DNA from: Caulobacter sp.
GTDB lineage: Bacteria > Pseudomonadota > Alphaproteobacteria > Caulobacterales > Caulobacteraceae
Assembly: GCA_016125585.1 (NCBI GenBank)
Contig: WGLL01000015.1
Coordinates: forward strand, 47,668 to 111,667
Direction: 5' to 3'
DNA: 64,000 nt
The notes beneath the pieces were generated by a model that ran no database searches, was not told where the DNA came from, and was given only the letters and a program-made list of their open reading frames with translations. This document shows, in pieces, positions 51,840 through 61,449 of this stretch (position 1 is the first letter of the stretch; every line of letters begins with the position of its first letter). A program made the translations under genes and the position numbers.

Positions 51840-52949
51840 ATGGCGCTGACCCGTGGCGACGACTATCCGATCCATCAGACGCCCGAGCCGATCGCCTATG
51901 GAGGCACGGACCGCAACTTCTACGACCGCTATTTCTTCAACGGCTATCATCCGTCGGCGGGAGACGATTTCTTCGCCCTGGCCTTCGGTGTCTATCCCCA
52001 CCTGAATGTCACCGACGCCGCCTTCGTGGTGGTCCGCAATGGCGTCGAGGTCGCCCTGCACGCCAGCGGCTGGCTGCGCGACCGGATGGACATGGCGGTC
52101 GGGCCGATCCGCATCGAGGTGCTGGAGCCCCTGCAGAAACACCGCATCAGCGTCGACGCCCCGGACAAGGGCATCAAGGCCGAGATCGTCTTCGAAGGCC
52201 GCTCGTTCCCGATCGAGGAGCCGCGTTTCATCCGTCGCAACGGCACCCGCGCCTTCATGGACTACACCCGCCTGACCCAGAACGGTCGCTACAGCGGCTG
52301 GATCGAGCTGGACGGCGAGCGCCGCGCGGTCGACGGCTTTGTCGGCACCCGCGACCGCTCCTGGGGGGTCCGCCCGGTCGGCGCCCGCGACAGCCAGGAC
52401 GTCGTGCCGCCCCAGGCGCCGCAGTTCTACTGGCTCTGGTCGCCCAGTAGTTTCGACAACGGCAGCTTCTTCTTCCACTCCAACGAGGACGCCTTGGGCC
52501 GCGCCTGGAACACCCGCGCGGTCTGGGCGCCCGATGGCGCCGGCGAGGACGGCTTTGAACACCTCAACGGCGATGCGAGCATCGTCTGGAAGAGCGGCAC
52601 GCGCCACGCGGCCAGCGCCGTGGTCGAGCTGTCGGACGATTTCGGCAAGTCGGCCGGCAAGGTCGAGTTCGCGCCGCTCTACGAGTTCCAGATGATGGGC
52701 CTCGGCTACACCCACCCCAAATGGGGCCACGGCGCCCTGCACGGCGAACTGACCGTCGAGCGCGAGGACATCGTCCTGGCCGACGCCGATCCCAAGATGC
52801 CGTTCAATCTGCATGTCCAGGCCCTGTCGGACGTCACCTACACCAATCCCGACGGCAAGGTGTTCAAGGGCCGGGGGGTTCTCGAACAGCTGGTCATCGG
52901 ACCGCATCGCCCGTCCGGGTTCAAGGAAATGCTGGATTTCGCCCCGTGA
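51840..52949 (+). CDS. Conserved hypothetical protein, probably a beta-rich AttH/CrtC/tocopherol-cyclase-like fold
   Basis: DDYPIHQTPEP, NFYDRYFFNG, GTRDRSWGVR; aromatic and beta-strand-rich. The fold assignment is inference. Confidence 0.65.
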   Translation: MALTRGDDYPIHQTPEPIAYGGTDRNFYDRYFFNGYHPSAGDDFFALAFGVYPHLNVTDAAFVVVRNGVEVALHASGWLRDRMDMAVGPIRIEVLEPLQKHRISVDAPDKGIKAEIVFEGRSFPIEEPRFIRRNGTRAFMDYTRLTQNGRYSGWIELDGERRAVDGFVGTRDRSWGVRPVGARDSQDVVPPQAPQFYWLWSPSSFDNGSFFFHSNEDALGRAWNTRAVWAPDGAGEDGFEHLNGDASIVWKSGTRHAASAVVELSDDFGKSAGKVEFAPLYEFQMMGLGYTHPKWGHGALHGELTVEREDIVLADADPKMPFNLHVQALSDVTYTNPDGKVFKGRGVLEQLVIGPHRPSGFKEMLDFAP

Positions 52950-53959
52950 CCCTGCAGGCTCAACTGGAAGCCTATCTGACCCGCACCAGCGGCAAGCCGA
53001 CCAGGGTCCATGACCTGTCGCGCATTCCCGGCGGGGCCAGCCGCGAGACCTATCGCTTCGACGCCGAGGTGGACGGCGCGCGCCGCGGCCTGATCCTGCG
53101 CCGCGACCCGGTCGGCAGCCTGATCGACACCGAGCGCAAGCTGGAGTTCCTGGCCTTCCGATCCTTCCACGGCAAAGGCCTGCCGGTGCCGGAGGCCGTT
53201 GCTCTGGAAGAGGAGGGGGCCGAGCTCGAGCGGCCCTTCTTCATCATGGGCCGCATCGACGGCGGCAAGGCCCAGAGCCCGTTCAGCCTGCCGCCCTATG
53301 GCGAGCATGCCGAGGCGATCGGGGAACAGTTCTTCTCGCATCTGGGGGCCATCGCCGCCGCCGATCCCGCCGGCCTGCCGATCGCCGAGGCCGCGCCGAC
53401 CCCGGCCCCGGACGCCTGCTGGAGCCAGGCCCTCGACTACTGGGAGGGCGTGATCGACGCGGACGAGGAGCATCCGCAGATGATCGTCCGCGCCGCCCTT
53501 CGCCGGCTGCGCCGCAACCCGCCGCCGCCGGCCCAGAAACTCAGCGTGGTTCACGGCGACTACCGGACCGGCAACTTCATGCATGACGGCGCCGGCAGGA
53601 TCATCGCCCTGCTGGACTGGGAGATGGCCCATATCGGCGATCCCCTGGAGGATCTCGGCTGGGCGATCGAACCGCTGTGGTCCTACGGCGAAACAGACCG
53701 CGTTTCGGGCATGGTCCCACGCGAGACCGCCATCGCCATCTGGGAGCGGGCCAGCGGCCGGAAGGTCGACCCGGCGGCCTTTGCCTGGTGGGAGCTGTTC
53801 GCCTCGGTCAAGGGCGCCGCCATCTGGATATCCTCGGCAAAGGAATACCGCGCCGGCGGCCTGAAGGACCCGGTGCTGGGGTTGTCGGGATGGTACACCG
53901 CCCGTCGTCAGGACCAGATCATCGCCAATGCTCTGGCCAGGCTGGAGGGCCTGTCATGA
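52946..53959 (+). CDS. APH/ACAD10-11-like phosphotransferase
   Basis: GTGA overlap; GGASRETY, VHGDYRTGN, LDWEMAHIGDPLEDLGW. Confidence 0.85.
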   Translation: MTLQAQLEAYLTRTSGKPTRVHDLSRIPGGASRETYRFDAEVDGARRGLILRRDPVGSLIDTERKLEFLAFRSFHGKGLPVPEAVALEEEGAELERPFFIMGRIDGGKAQSPFSLPPYGEHAEAIGEQFFSHLGAIAAADPAGLPIAEAAPTPAPDACWSQALDYWEGVIDADEEHPQMIVRAALRRLRRNPPPPAQKLSVVHGDYRTGNFMHDGAGRIIALLDWEMAHIGDPLEDLGWAIEPLWSYGETDRVSGMVPRETAIAIWERASGRKVDPAAFAWWELFASVKGAAIWISSAKEYRAGGLKDPVLGLSGWYTARRQDQIIANALARLEGLS

Positions 53960-54372
53960 CCCCGACCGTGTCCGAACTGCTGCTCGGCAACTTCCTGGCC
54001 CTGTCCGAGCCGCCGCCGCCCGAGTCCATGGGCGACTTCATGGCCGGCAGGATCGGCGTCACCGGCATGATCGCCATGCTGGCCGCCCAGGAGGCCGAAC
54101 GCGGCGCCGAGGCCCGGCTGTGGGAAAACGCCGCCATCCGCGACCTTCTCACGCGGGGCGGCGCAGCCATCCCCGCCGGCGCCGCGACGGAAGAGGGCTT
54201 TTCCATCACCGGCCTCGACCGCGTGAACGCGATCCTGCGCAAGGCCCTGATCGCCCTGCACATCGCCGCCGAAGAGAAGGGCGACACCGCCCTCGACCAC
54301 GCCATCCTGCGCTTCTACGTCAAGAGCGCCGACATGCGCCGCCTCGACATGCCCCCGCTGCCGCCGGGCTAG
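53956..54372 (+). CDS. Hypothetical helical protein, probable kinase partner
   Basis: ATGA overlap with the kinase; same position as DUF6285 in the first module. Confidence 0.65.
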   Translation: MTPTVSELLLGNFLALSEPPPPESMGDFMAGRIGVTGMIAMLAAQEAERGAEARLWENAAIRDLLTRGGAAIPAGAATEEGFSITGLDRVNAILRKALIALHIAAEEKGDTALDHAILRFYVKSADMRRLDMPPLPPG

Positions 54373-54382
54373 CACCGCCGCG

Positions 54383-54433
54383 TCCTTCTCCGGCTTGCCG
54401 GGAGAAGGTGGCCCCGAAGGGGTCGGATGAGGG
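54383..54433. repeat. Single arm of family D repeat
   Basis: GGAGAAGGTGGCCCCGAAGGGGTCGGATGAGGG is identical to the reverse complement of the right arm at 46682-46731. Confidence 0.8.
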
Positions 54434-54488
54434 CGGCGCCGGCCGAGGGCGATTTCAGCGTCTGCCGATGCGCGCTACGCTTGTTCCA

Positions 54489-55055
54489 ATGACTCGCGCC
54501 ACAAACCTGCTCGTTCTTGGTCTGGCGCCTCTCGTCGCCTGCCAGACGGCGGGTCCCGTTGTCCAAGTTCCAGCCGCCCCGTCGCAGGACCACCTCCCCG
54601 CCACAGCCCCGACCTTTGTCGAAGCGGTCCGGGACGGCGATGGCTGCGCCGTGCTCGAGGGCGATCGCGACATACCGCTGATCAAGGCTCGCCTCGCGCC
54701 CGGACTCATCCTTTGGGGCGCCCCGTGTCGATCAGGCGCCTACAGCTTCCACTACAGCCTCTTCACTACCAACGAGCAGGGCGGCGATCGACGCAATTTG
54801 ACCTTCCGATATGTCGCCGCCGGAATGGATTCCCGAATCGTCTGGGACGCCCAGTACGATCCCAGGACTATGGTGCTGTCGGGGCTGCGCCGGGGCAGGG
54901 GGCTGGGCGACTGCGGTGTCTTCACCCGCTGGGCCTGGAACGGGAGGGCCTTCGCCCTGGTTTACGACAGCCAGTCCGACGACTGCGGGGCGGAAAAGCA
55001 GCCCGATCAGTGGCCCGTTCTCTATCAAGCGATCGTCAAGCAGGCGTCCCAATGA
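54489..55055 (+). CDS. DUF1176-like lipoprotein
   Basis: Lipobox LVAC; C..GAY, RGRGLGDCG...W.WNG..F. Confidence 0.7.
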   Translation: MTRATNLLVLGLAPLVACQTAGPVVQVPAAPSQDHLPATAPTFVEAVRDGDGCAVLEGDRDIPLIKARLAPGLILWGAPCRSGAYSFHYSLFTTNEQGGDRRNLTFRYVAAGMDSRIVWDAQYDPRTMVLSGLRRGRGLGDCGVFTRWAWNGRAFALVYDSQSDDCGAEKQPDQWPVLYQAIVKQASQ

Positions 55056-55303
55056 CCAAGCCCATCACCCTCGATCGCCAGACCCAGGACATCCTTGAGC
55101 GCAAGATCCGCGCCCATCTGCAGGACGAATACGGCTTCGAGCTTGGCCAGTTCGAAGCCCTTGACCTCATCGACTGGCTCGCCGAGACCCTCAGCCCCCT
55201 TTGGTACAACCAGGCGCTCTATGACGCCCAGACCTTGCTCCGGAAGAAGTCGGACGACCTGATCGAGGCCGTCTCCGCCATCGAGAAACCGGTCAGGCTA
55301 TGA
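55052..55303 (+). CDS. DUF2164 family protein
   Basis: ELGQFEA..L, P.WYNQAL.DA; ATGA overlaps on both sides. Confidence 0.8.
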   Translation: MTKPITLDRQTQDILERKIRAHLQDEYGFELGQFEALDLIDWLAETLSPLWYNQALYDAQTLLRKKSDDLIEAVSAIEKPVRL

Positions 55304-55881
55304 GCCCGTTCGAATTCTTCTTCAGCTTCTACGGCCTGCTGCTCGGCCTCTCGGTCGCCGTTCTGGCCACCGGCGCGGCCCGCGCCTTCAAGCATCGCAG
55401 GACCCGCCCCGTCGGCTGGCTCACCCCGCTGCTGGCCGTCTTCGTCGCCCTCGACATCTCCACTTTCTGGGAAGCGGCCTGGGTGAACTACCGCAACCTG
55501 CCGGTCAGCTACGGCCTGCTGGTCGGCGGCCTTGTCGTCGCCGTCGTCTATTTCATCGCCGCCGCCCTGGTCTTCCCGGACGACAGCGACGCACCGGCGC
55601 CGCTCGACGACCACTTCTGGGCCAACCGGCGCGCGACACTGCTGCTGTTGATCCTCGCCAACCTGCTCGGCGTCGCCGGCCAGATGGCGGTCAACCTGAC
55701 CCGTGAGAACGGCGCCGGGCTGGCGACGGCCTACGCCATCAACATGGGCATCTACGTCGTCCTGATCGGCTGCGCGGCGTGGACCCGGCGCCGCTGGCTG
55801 TTCGCCCTGACGATCGGCGCCCATACCCTGCTTTATCTCTACATCGCGGTGGTCTCGATCCTGCGGCCGCCGCCGGTCTGA
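55300..55881 (+). CDS. Hypothetical membrane protein
   Basis: MSPFEFFFSFYGLLLGL; five or six hydrophobic segments. Confidence 0.75.
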   Translation: MSPFEFFFSFYGLLLGLSVAVLATGAARAFKHRRTRPVGWLTPLLAVFVALDISTFWEAAWVNYRNLPVSYGLLVGGLVVAVVYFIAAALVFPDDSDAPAPLDDHFWANRRATLLLLILANLLGVAGQMAVNLTRENGAGLATAYAINMGIYVVLIGCAAWTRRRWLFALTIGAHTLLYLYIAVVSILRPPPV

Positions 55882-55998
55882 ATTTCACCCGGGGAAAATG
55901 GGGCGGGCAACGTTCCGGCTCACTCCGGCCTTCGTCGCGGGGTCCGCCGGTCCGGGGCGGCCAGTCCGCCTGACGTCTTCACTGCAGGCGCGACCCGC

Positions 55999-56070
55999 CC
56001 TACAAACCCGGCCTGTCGCCCTACAGCCCGACCTACGCTTCAGCCTACATCCGGCCAGGCCCGAACTACG
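55999..56070. repeat. Phased array of five (C/A)CTAC motifs
   Basis: Motifs start at 55999, 56020, 56032, 56044 and 56065 (spacing 21-12-12-21). Confidence 0.55.
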
Positions 56071-56224
56071 CAACGGCCCACGCCCGCTGGCGTTTTGGCC
56101 GCAATTTATCCCCGCTTGAAGGGCGTCGGCCGTTTTGTGGGTCGGCGGCCCTGCGGTACAATGCTCGCCGCTTCCATAAGCCCTCCCGAGGCGAACCTCC
56201 GGGCGACTCCTGCTAACGGACCCC

Positions 56225-57367
56225 ATGCCCACGTCGCTCCGCCTTGGCCTGTTCTACGCGGCGATCTTCATCGGCACCGGCGCCAGCCTGCCCTACATCC
56301 CGGTCTGGTTCCGGGCCCAGGGGCTGAGCGGCGCGCAGATCGGCGTCATCCTCGCCGCGCCCATGATGGTGCGCATCGTCATCTCGCCGATGCTGGCCAT
56401 CTGGGCCGACGGCTTTTCGCTGCGCCGGACTCCGCTGTTCATCCTCGGCCTTGGCGCGGCGGTCGCCTACGGGGCGATGGGACTCATTCATGGCTTCTGG
56501 GCCTGGCTGGCCGCCTGGCTGCTCGGCGCCTGTCTGCTCGGAACGATCGCGCCCCTGGGCGACGTCCTCGGCCTCAGGCTCTCCCGGCGGGAAGGCTTCG
56601 CCTACGCCTGGTCGCGCGGCATCGGCTCCCTGGCCTTTGTCGCCGGCAACATCGGTATGGGGGCGTTGCTGACGGTCCTGAAGCCGGATCTGGTGCTGTA
56701 CTGGACCGTCGGGGCGGCGCTGCTGGCGGCCCTGGCGAGCTTCGGCCTGCCGCCCGAACCGGTCCATGAGGGCGACGCCTCGCCCCGGACCTCTCGCCTG
56801 CGGGGCACGGCCGACCTCCTCCGCAATCGCCCCTTCCTGCTGGCGATCGCCGGCAGCGGCGTGATCCAGGCGACCCACGCCTTCTACTACGGCTTCTCGG
56901 CCCTGCTTTGGCGGCGCCAGGAGATCGGCGAAATCTACATCGGCCTGCTCTGGGGGCTGGGGGTGCTGGTGGAGATCGCCTTTCTCTGGTTCGGCGAACC
57001 GATCCGGCGGCGGATCCGTCCTGAATGGATGGTCGCGATCGGCGGCGCGGCGGCCCTTGTCCGATGGACAGCCCTGGCCTTTTCGCCGCCGCTCTGGCTG
57101 CTGTTTCCGCTGCAGGCGCTGCATGCCTTGAGCTTCATGGCCAGCTTCATGGGATCCCTGGCCCTGATCGAACGCTATGCGCCGCCGCACGCCGCCTCCG
57201 CCGCCCAGACCCTCAGCTCGGCCTGCGCCGGGGGCCTCTTCATCGGCCTGGCGACCCTGATGTCCGGGCCGTTGTTCGACGCCTTTGGGGCGCTGGGCTA
57301 TCTGGGCATGACCGCGATGACCCTGGTCGGACTGGGCGCGACCGCCATGCTCATTCGTCGCCCGTGA
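56225..57367 (+). CDS. MFS transporter (HcaT/MFS_1-like)
   Basis: LFYAAIF..G..LPY.PVW, Y..SR..GS, YYGFSAL.W, EI.F. Confidence 0.85.
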   Translation: MPTSLRLGLFYAAIFIGTGASLPYIPVWFRAQGLSGAQIGVILAAPMMVRIVISPMLAIWADGFSLRRTPLFILGLGAAVAYGAMGLIHGFWAWLAAWLLGACLLGTIAPLGDVLGLRLSRREGFAYAWSRGIGSLAFVAGNIGMGALLTVLKPDLVLYWTVGAALLAALASFGLPPEPVHEGDASPRTSRLRGTADLLRNRPFLLAIAGSGVIQATHAFYYGFSALLWRRQEIGEIYIGLLWGLGVLVEIAFLWFGEPIRRRIRPEWMVAIGGAAALVRWTALAFSPPLWLLFPLQALHALSFMASFMGSLALIERYAPPHAASAAQTLSSACAGGLFIGLATLMSGPLFDAFGALGYLGMTAMTLVGLGATAMLIRRP

Positions 57368-57482
57368 GCCACGCGGCCATCCTTTCGGAAAGTTCATCTT
57401 CGGACATATTGCCACGCCAGGGAACTCAGTCGATAACCTCGATATCTCATTCTGGGGGGAGGGACGCCCCTTGCACGCGTTG

Positions 57483-57689
57483 ATGGAATTGATCACGATG
57501 GTCGTCGTCTGGCTGGCCGTCGCCACCTTGAACCAGATCGGGATCAAGGTTGACCTGCCGCAGCCGGAACCCAAGGCCGAGCGGGTGATCCGTCGCGAAT
57601 CGGTGACGACCGAAGAATCGGCCTCGCGGAACGATCCGTGCCCTGAAGCTGTGCCTGTCAAACCGAAAACCGCCGCCGCGGCCGTCTGA
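57483..57689 (+). CDS. Small hypothetical protein with an N-terminal hydrophobic segment
   Basis: MELITMVVVWLAVATLNQIG..; host-like codons. Confidence 0.5.
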   Translation: MELITMVVVWLAVATLNQIGIKVDLPQPEPKAERVIRRESVTTEESASRNDPCPEAVPVKPKTAAAAV

Positions 57690-57716
57690 ACGGCGTTTTC
57701 CAACCGTATGAATTCG

Positions 57717-57732
57717 TTACAAGCCGCTTAAC
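57717..57732 (+). promoter_or_regulatory. CtrA-like box upstream of tipN
   Basis: TTAC-N7-TTAAC against the consensus TTAA-N7-TTAAC (one mismatch). Confidence 0.55.
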
Positions 57733-57831
57733 GCGCAGAGCAATCGCGGCTAAGTTTCTCCCCGTGCGCGAGGACGAGGGGTCGGGGTCCCGCGCAATGG
57801 GTAACCCGGCCATTCAGGACCACGCCCGCGC

Positions 57832-60297
57832 ATGAAGGCCAAGAAGCGCCCGACGCTCGATTTCACCCGCATTGCGCCGGAAGGGATCGTCCCCCGTTTT
57901 GAGCCCGCCCCCGATCAGCGCCCTGACGCGCCGCCGGTGGTCGAGGCCGAGCTGGAGATCGTCGAGGCTCCCGCGGTGGAGATGGCGGCCGAGCCGTCCG
58001 CCGACCTGACGCCGCCGACCCCGGAGACCCGCGTGCGGCCTGCCGCCGAGGCGCCGTTTCCGCCGGCGGTCATTGGCGGGCTGCCGCGCGTGAAGGAACA
58101 ATCGTCCGTCGCCATCTGGGTCGGAGCCAGCCTGGTCTCGGCGTTGTGGGCCGCCGCGCCGGTCGCCTACGCCTTCGGCTACCGCCAGGGCGTCGTTCCC
58201 CTGCAGTCCGATCCGCTGGCCATGACGGTCTTCGCGCTGCTGGTCGTCGGGCCGCTCGCCCTGATCTGGATCGCCGCCTATCTGATGCGCCAGGGTCAAC
58301 GCCTGTCCAGCGACATCCGCCTGACCCGCGAGCTGGCCCAGACCATGGTCGGTCCCGCCGCCCTGGCCGCCGCCGAGTCCGGCGCCGCGGTCGAACTGAT
58401 CCGGCAGCAGATCGACGCCGCCGCCGCCTCGGCGTCCGAGGCCCGCGAAACCATGCTGGCCCTTCGGCAGGCCCTGGCCGAGGAAACCGAGCGTCTGGCC
58501 GAGGAGGCCGCCGGCGCGGAGCGCACCTCCATGACCCTGGCGGAGGCGCTCGGCCGGCAACGGGAGTCGCTGGGCGCCCTGAGCGGCGAGCTCGACAGCC
58601 GCGCCGCCGCGGTTTCCGACAGCATCTCCATGCAGGCGCGAATGGTGGCCGAGGCCTCCGACCTGGCTGAAACCCAGTTGCGGGAAGCCGAGGCGGCCCT
58701 CGCCGCCCGCGCCGCTGACCTGGCTGCCGCCGCCGGAGAGGCCAGCGACGCGGCCCGCGTCGCCGGGGAGGATCTGGCCCGCCAGGTCGCCCGACTGGAA
58801 ACCGCCGGGGTCGGCGTGGGCGACCAGATGCGCATTGTCGAGGCCGGCCTGTCCGAGCAACGCGCCTCGCTGGTCACCGTGTCCCACGCGATCCGGGCCG
58901 ATCAGGAAGACTTCGCCGCCCAGGCGGAAACCCGCGCGGCCCAGCTGACCGAATTCATGACCCAGGCGACGATGAGCGCATCGAACCTGGGCGAAACCGC
59001 CGCCAAGGGCGGCGAGGCCCTGCGCGATCTGATCGGCGAGGCCGCCGCCCAGATGCAGGCCCTGCTGGAAACCGCCGCCGCCGAACGCGAGACTCTGACC
59101 GGGGAAGCCCAGAGCGCCCTGTCGTTGCTCACCGACGCGGCCGCCGGCGAGCGGGCCCGTCTTGAACGCGAGCTGCGGGAAGCGGTTGATCGTCTGACCC
59201 GGGCCGCCAATGAGGCGCGCGAGGCCGCGGAAGGCCACGCCGAAGCCGCCCAGAGCCGTGTCGACCAACTCAGTGAAGCCGCCTTCAATGCCCACCAACA
59301 GGCCGACGCCGTGTTCCAGGCGCGGCTGGAGGAAGCCCGCGACCTGATCGAGACCTCGGCGCAGATGGTCGAGCAGGCCGGCGCCCGCACCGCGGGCCGT
59401 CTGGAGGAAGGGGCGGCGTCGGCCCGGACCACGCTGGCTGAGTTGCAGGCCCTTCTCACCGATCTGGAAAACCGCACCCGTGATCTGCCGGAGAAGGCCC
59501 GCGCCCAGACCGAGGAGGTCAAGGCGGCCATGGATCGCGGCATGGGCGACCTGATGGAAACCGCGCGCCGCACCGCCGAGGAGACCCAGGCGATCGACAA
59601 CGCCTTCCAGGAACGGGTGCGCCGCAACTACGACATGCTCACCGACGCGGTGAAGTTGATGGGCGTGGTCGCCGGAGCCGCCGGACAGACGCCGTCCTCG
59701 CCGGCCACGCCGCCGCCCGCGTCCCTGCGCAGCCGGGAGATTTCGGGAGACCCGGCCCCTTCGCGCGAGTCCGGCCTGCGCCCCCGTCTGCGCCTGACGC
59801 CGACCGCGACCGACGAGGAATTCCGCAGCGTCTTCGAAACCGCCGGAGGCCGGGCGCCCGCCGAGGCCGCGCCGGAAGGCGAGGGCAACTGGAGCTGGAA
59901 GGACCTGCTCTCATCGATCGATGGCGACAGCAGCGACGCCGAGGGGCTGGCTGAACGGCTGCTCGGCGAGATCGAGGCCATGGGGATTGATCCGTCGGCC
60001 CTGCTGCCGCGCGGCCGCATCGACGAGATCGCGGCGGCCATCCAGACCCGCGATCAACAGGGCGCCCGCGAGGTGGTTCGCCGCCTGGCCCCGGCCGCCA
60101 TCCGCCGCCTGATCCGCCGACTGTTCTCCGACGCCTCCCTGCGCGGCCAGACCGAGCGCTATCTTCGCCGGTTCAGCGGCATGCTGGACGAAGCGGCGGA
60201 ACGGGACCGCGGGGGGCTCCTCGTCGCCTCGCTGCTCTCGTCCGACGCGGGGCGGGCCTGGTTGCTGCTGGACGCCGCCGCGGGAGATCTGGCCTAG
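57832..60297 (+). CDS. tipN: Polar landmark protein TipN
   Basis: MKAKKR..LDF N-terminus, two TM segments, long Ala/Glu coiled coil, WSWKDLL and LSSDAGRAWLLLDAAAGDL C-terminus. Confidence 0.85.
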   Translation: MKAKKRPTLDFTRIAPEGIVPRFEPAPDQRPDAPPVVEAELEIVEAPAVEMAAEPSADLTPPTPETRVRPAAEAPFPPAVIGGLPRVKEQSSVAIWVGASLVSALWAAAPVAYAFGYRQGVVPLQSDPLAMTVFALLVVGPLALIWIAAYLMRQGQRLSSDIRLTRELAQTMVGPAALAAAESGAAVELIRQQIDAAAASASEARETMLALRQALAEETERLAEEAAGAERTSMTLAEALGRQRESLGALSGELDSRAAAVSDSISMQARMVAEASDLAETQLREAEAALAARAADLAAAAGEASDAARVAGEDLARQVARLETAGVGVGDQMRIVEAGLSEQRASLVTVSHAIRADQEDFAAQAETRAAQLTEFMTQATMSASNLGETAAKGGEALRDLIGEAAAQMQALLETAAAERETLTGEAQSALSLLTDAAAGERARLERELREAVDRLTRAANEAREAAEGHAEAAQSRVDQLSEAAFNAHQQADAVFQARLEEARDLIETSAQMVEQAGARTAGRLEEGAASARTTLAELQALLTDLENRTRDLPEKARAQTEEVKAAMDRGMGDLMETARRTAEETQAIDNAFQERVRRNYDMLTDAVKLMGVVAGAAGQTPSSPATPPPASLRSREISGDPAPSRESGLRPRLRLTPTATDEEFRSVFETAGGRAPAEAAPEGEGNWSWKDLLSSIDGDSSDAEGLAERLLGEIEAMGIDPSALLPRGRIDEIAAAIQTRDQQGAREVVRRLAPAAIRRLIRRLFSDASLRGQTERYLRRFSGMLDEAAERDRGGLLVASLLSSDAGRAWLLLDAAAGDLA

Positions 60298-60300
60298 ATC

Positions 60301-61359
60301 ATGCCCAGGAAGCCGCCGACCGACGGAGAGGCCGACACCGGCGTCTCGCGAACCCGCCGCGCGACCATCAATGATGTCGCGCGCTTGGCCGGCGTGTCCA
60401 AGAAGACCGTTTCGAGGGTTATCAACGCCTCCCCGTCGGTGCAGCAGGCGACCCGCGAGCGCATCGAGGCGGTCATTCGCGAGACCGGCTATGTACCCGA
60501 TCCCCAGGCCCGGGGTCTGGCGTTCCGGCGCTCATTCCTGATCGGGCTGATCTACGACAACCCCAACCCGCAGTATGTGGTCAACATGCAGCTGGGCCTG
60601 CTGGACGCCATGCGCGGCTCGGGCTTCGAACTGGTCGTCCATCCCTGCGATCGCGGCAGCGAGACCCTGGTTGAGGACATCCGCTCCTTCATCGAGCGCC
60701 AGAAGCTGTTCGGGGTCGTCCTGACGCCGTCGGTGTCCGAGGATGAGCGGGTCGCCGAGGTAATGCGTGAGATCGGCTGCGAATACATCCGGGTCGCGTC
60801 GGTCACCGTCGACGCGCCGGGCCACATGATCGAGACCCAGGATCGGCTCGGCGGTCTGGCCGCCGCGCGTCATCTGATCTCGCTTGGCCATCGGCGGATC
60901 GGCTTCATCTCGGGCGTCGCCACCTTCCGCTCGTCTCATGAGCGCCGGTCGGGCCTGGAAGAGGGGTTGGCCGAAGGGGGTTTGAGCCTCGATCCCGCCC
61001 TGGTCGCCGAGGGGGCCTATACCTTCGAGTCAGGACAGGAATGCGCCCGGCGCCTGCTGTCGCTGACGGATCGACCGACCGCGATCTTCGCCGGCAACGA
61101 TGAAATGGCCGCCGGGGCGTTGCATGCGGCGCGGGAGCTGGGGCTTTCGGTTCCGGCCGATGTCTCGATCGTCGGCTATGACGATTTCCAGATCGCCGCC
61201 CGCGTCTGGCCGCCCCTGACCACCATCCACACCCCGACCCGCAAGATCGGGCGGATGGCGGCGGAAAAGCTGATGGGGCGGGAAGCGTCGGACACCGCGG
61301 CCGAGGGGCATCTGCCGACCCTGGTGGTCCGGCAGTCCAGCGGGCCGGCTCCCGTCTGA
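60301..61359 (+). CDS. LacI family transcriptional regulator
   Basis: TINDVARLAGVSKKTVSRVIN, IFAGND, GYDD, PPLTT. Confidence 0.95.
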   Translation: MPRKPPTDGEADTGVSRTRRATINDVARLAGVSKKTVSRVINASPSVQQATRERIEAVIRETGYVPDPQARGLAFRRSFLIGLIYDNPNPQYVVNMQLGLLDAMRGSGFELVVHPCDRGSETLVEDIRSFIERQKLFGVVLTPSVSEDERVAEVMREIGCEYIRVASVTVDAPGHMIETQDRLGGLAAARHLISLGHRRIGFISGVATFRSSHERRSGLEEGLAEGGLSLDPALVAEGAYTFESGQECARRLLSLTDRPTAIFAGNDEMAAGALHAARELGLSVPADVSIVGYDDFQIAARVWPPLTTIHTPTRKIGRMAAEKLMGREASDTAAEGHLPTLVVRQSSGPAPV

Positions 61360-61400
61360 TCTGGGCGCCGTGCCGGCGAAGGGGTGCTTGCCTATCGCTA

Positions 61401-61414
61401 TGACACCGGTTACC
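61401..61414. promoter_or_regulatory. Putative LacI-type operator of kduI-kduD
   Basis: TGACACCGGTTACC fits the LacI-family TGN2ANCGNTN2CA pattern with one mismatch and lies in the lacI-kduI gap. Confidence 0.55.
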
Positions 61415-61449
61415 TGATGGCAAAGACAGCGTTTCGGAGGAGACCGCGC

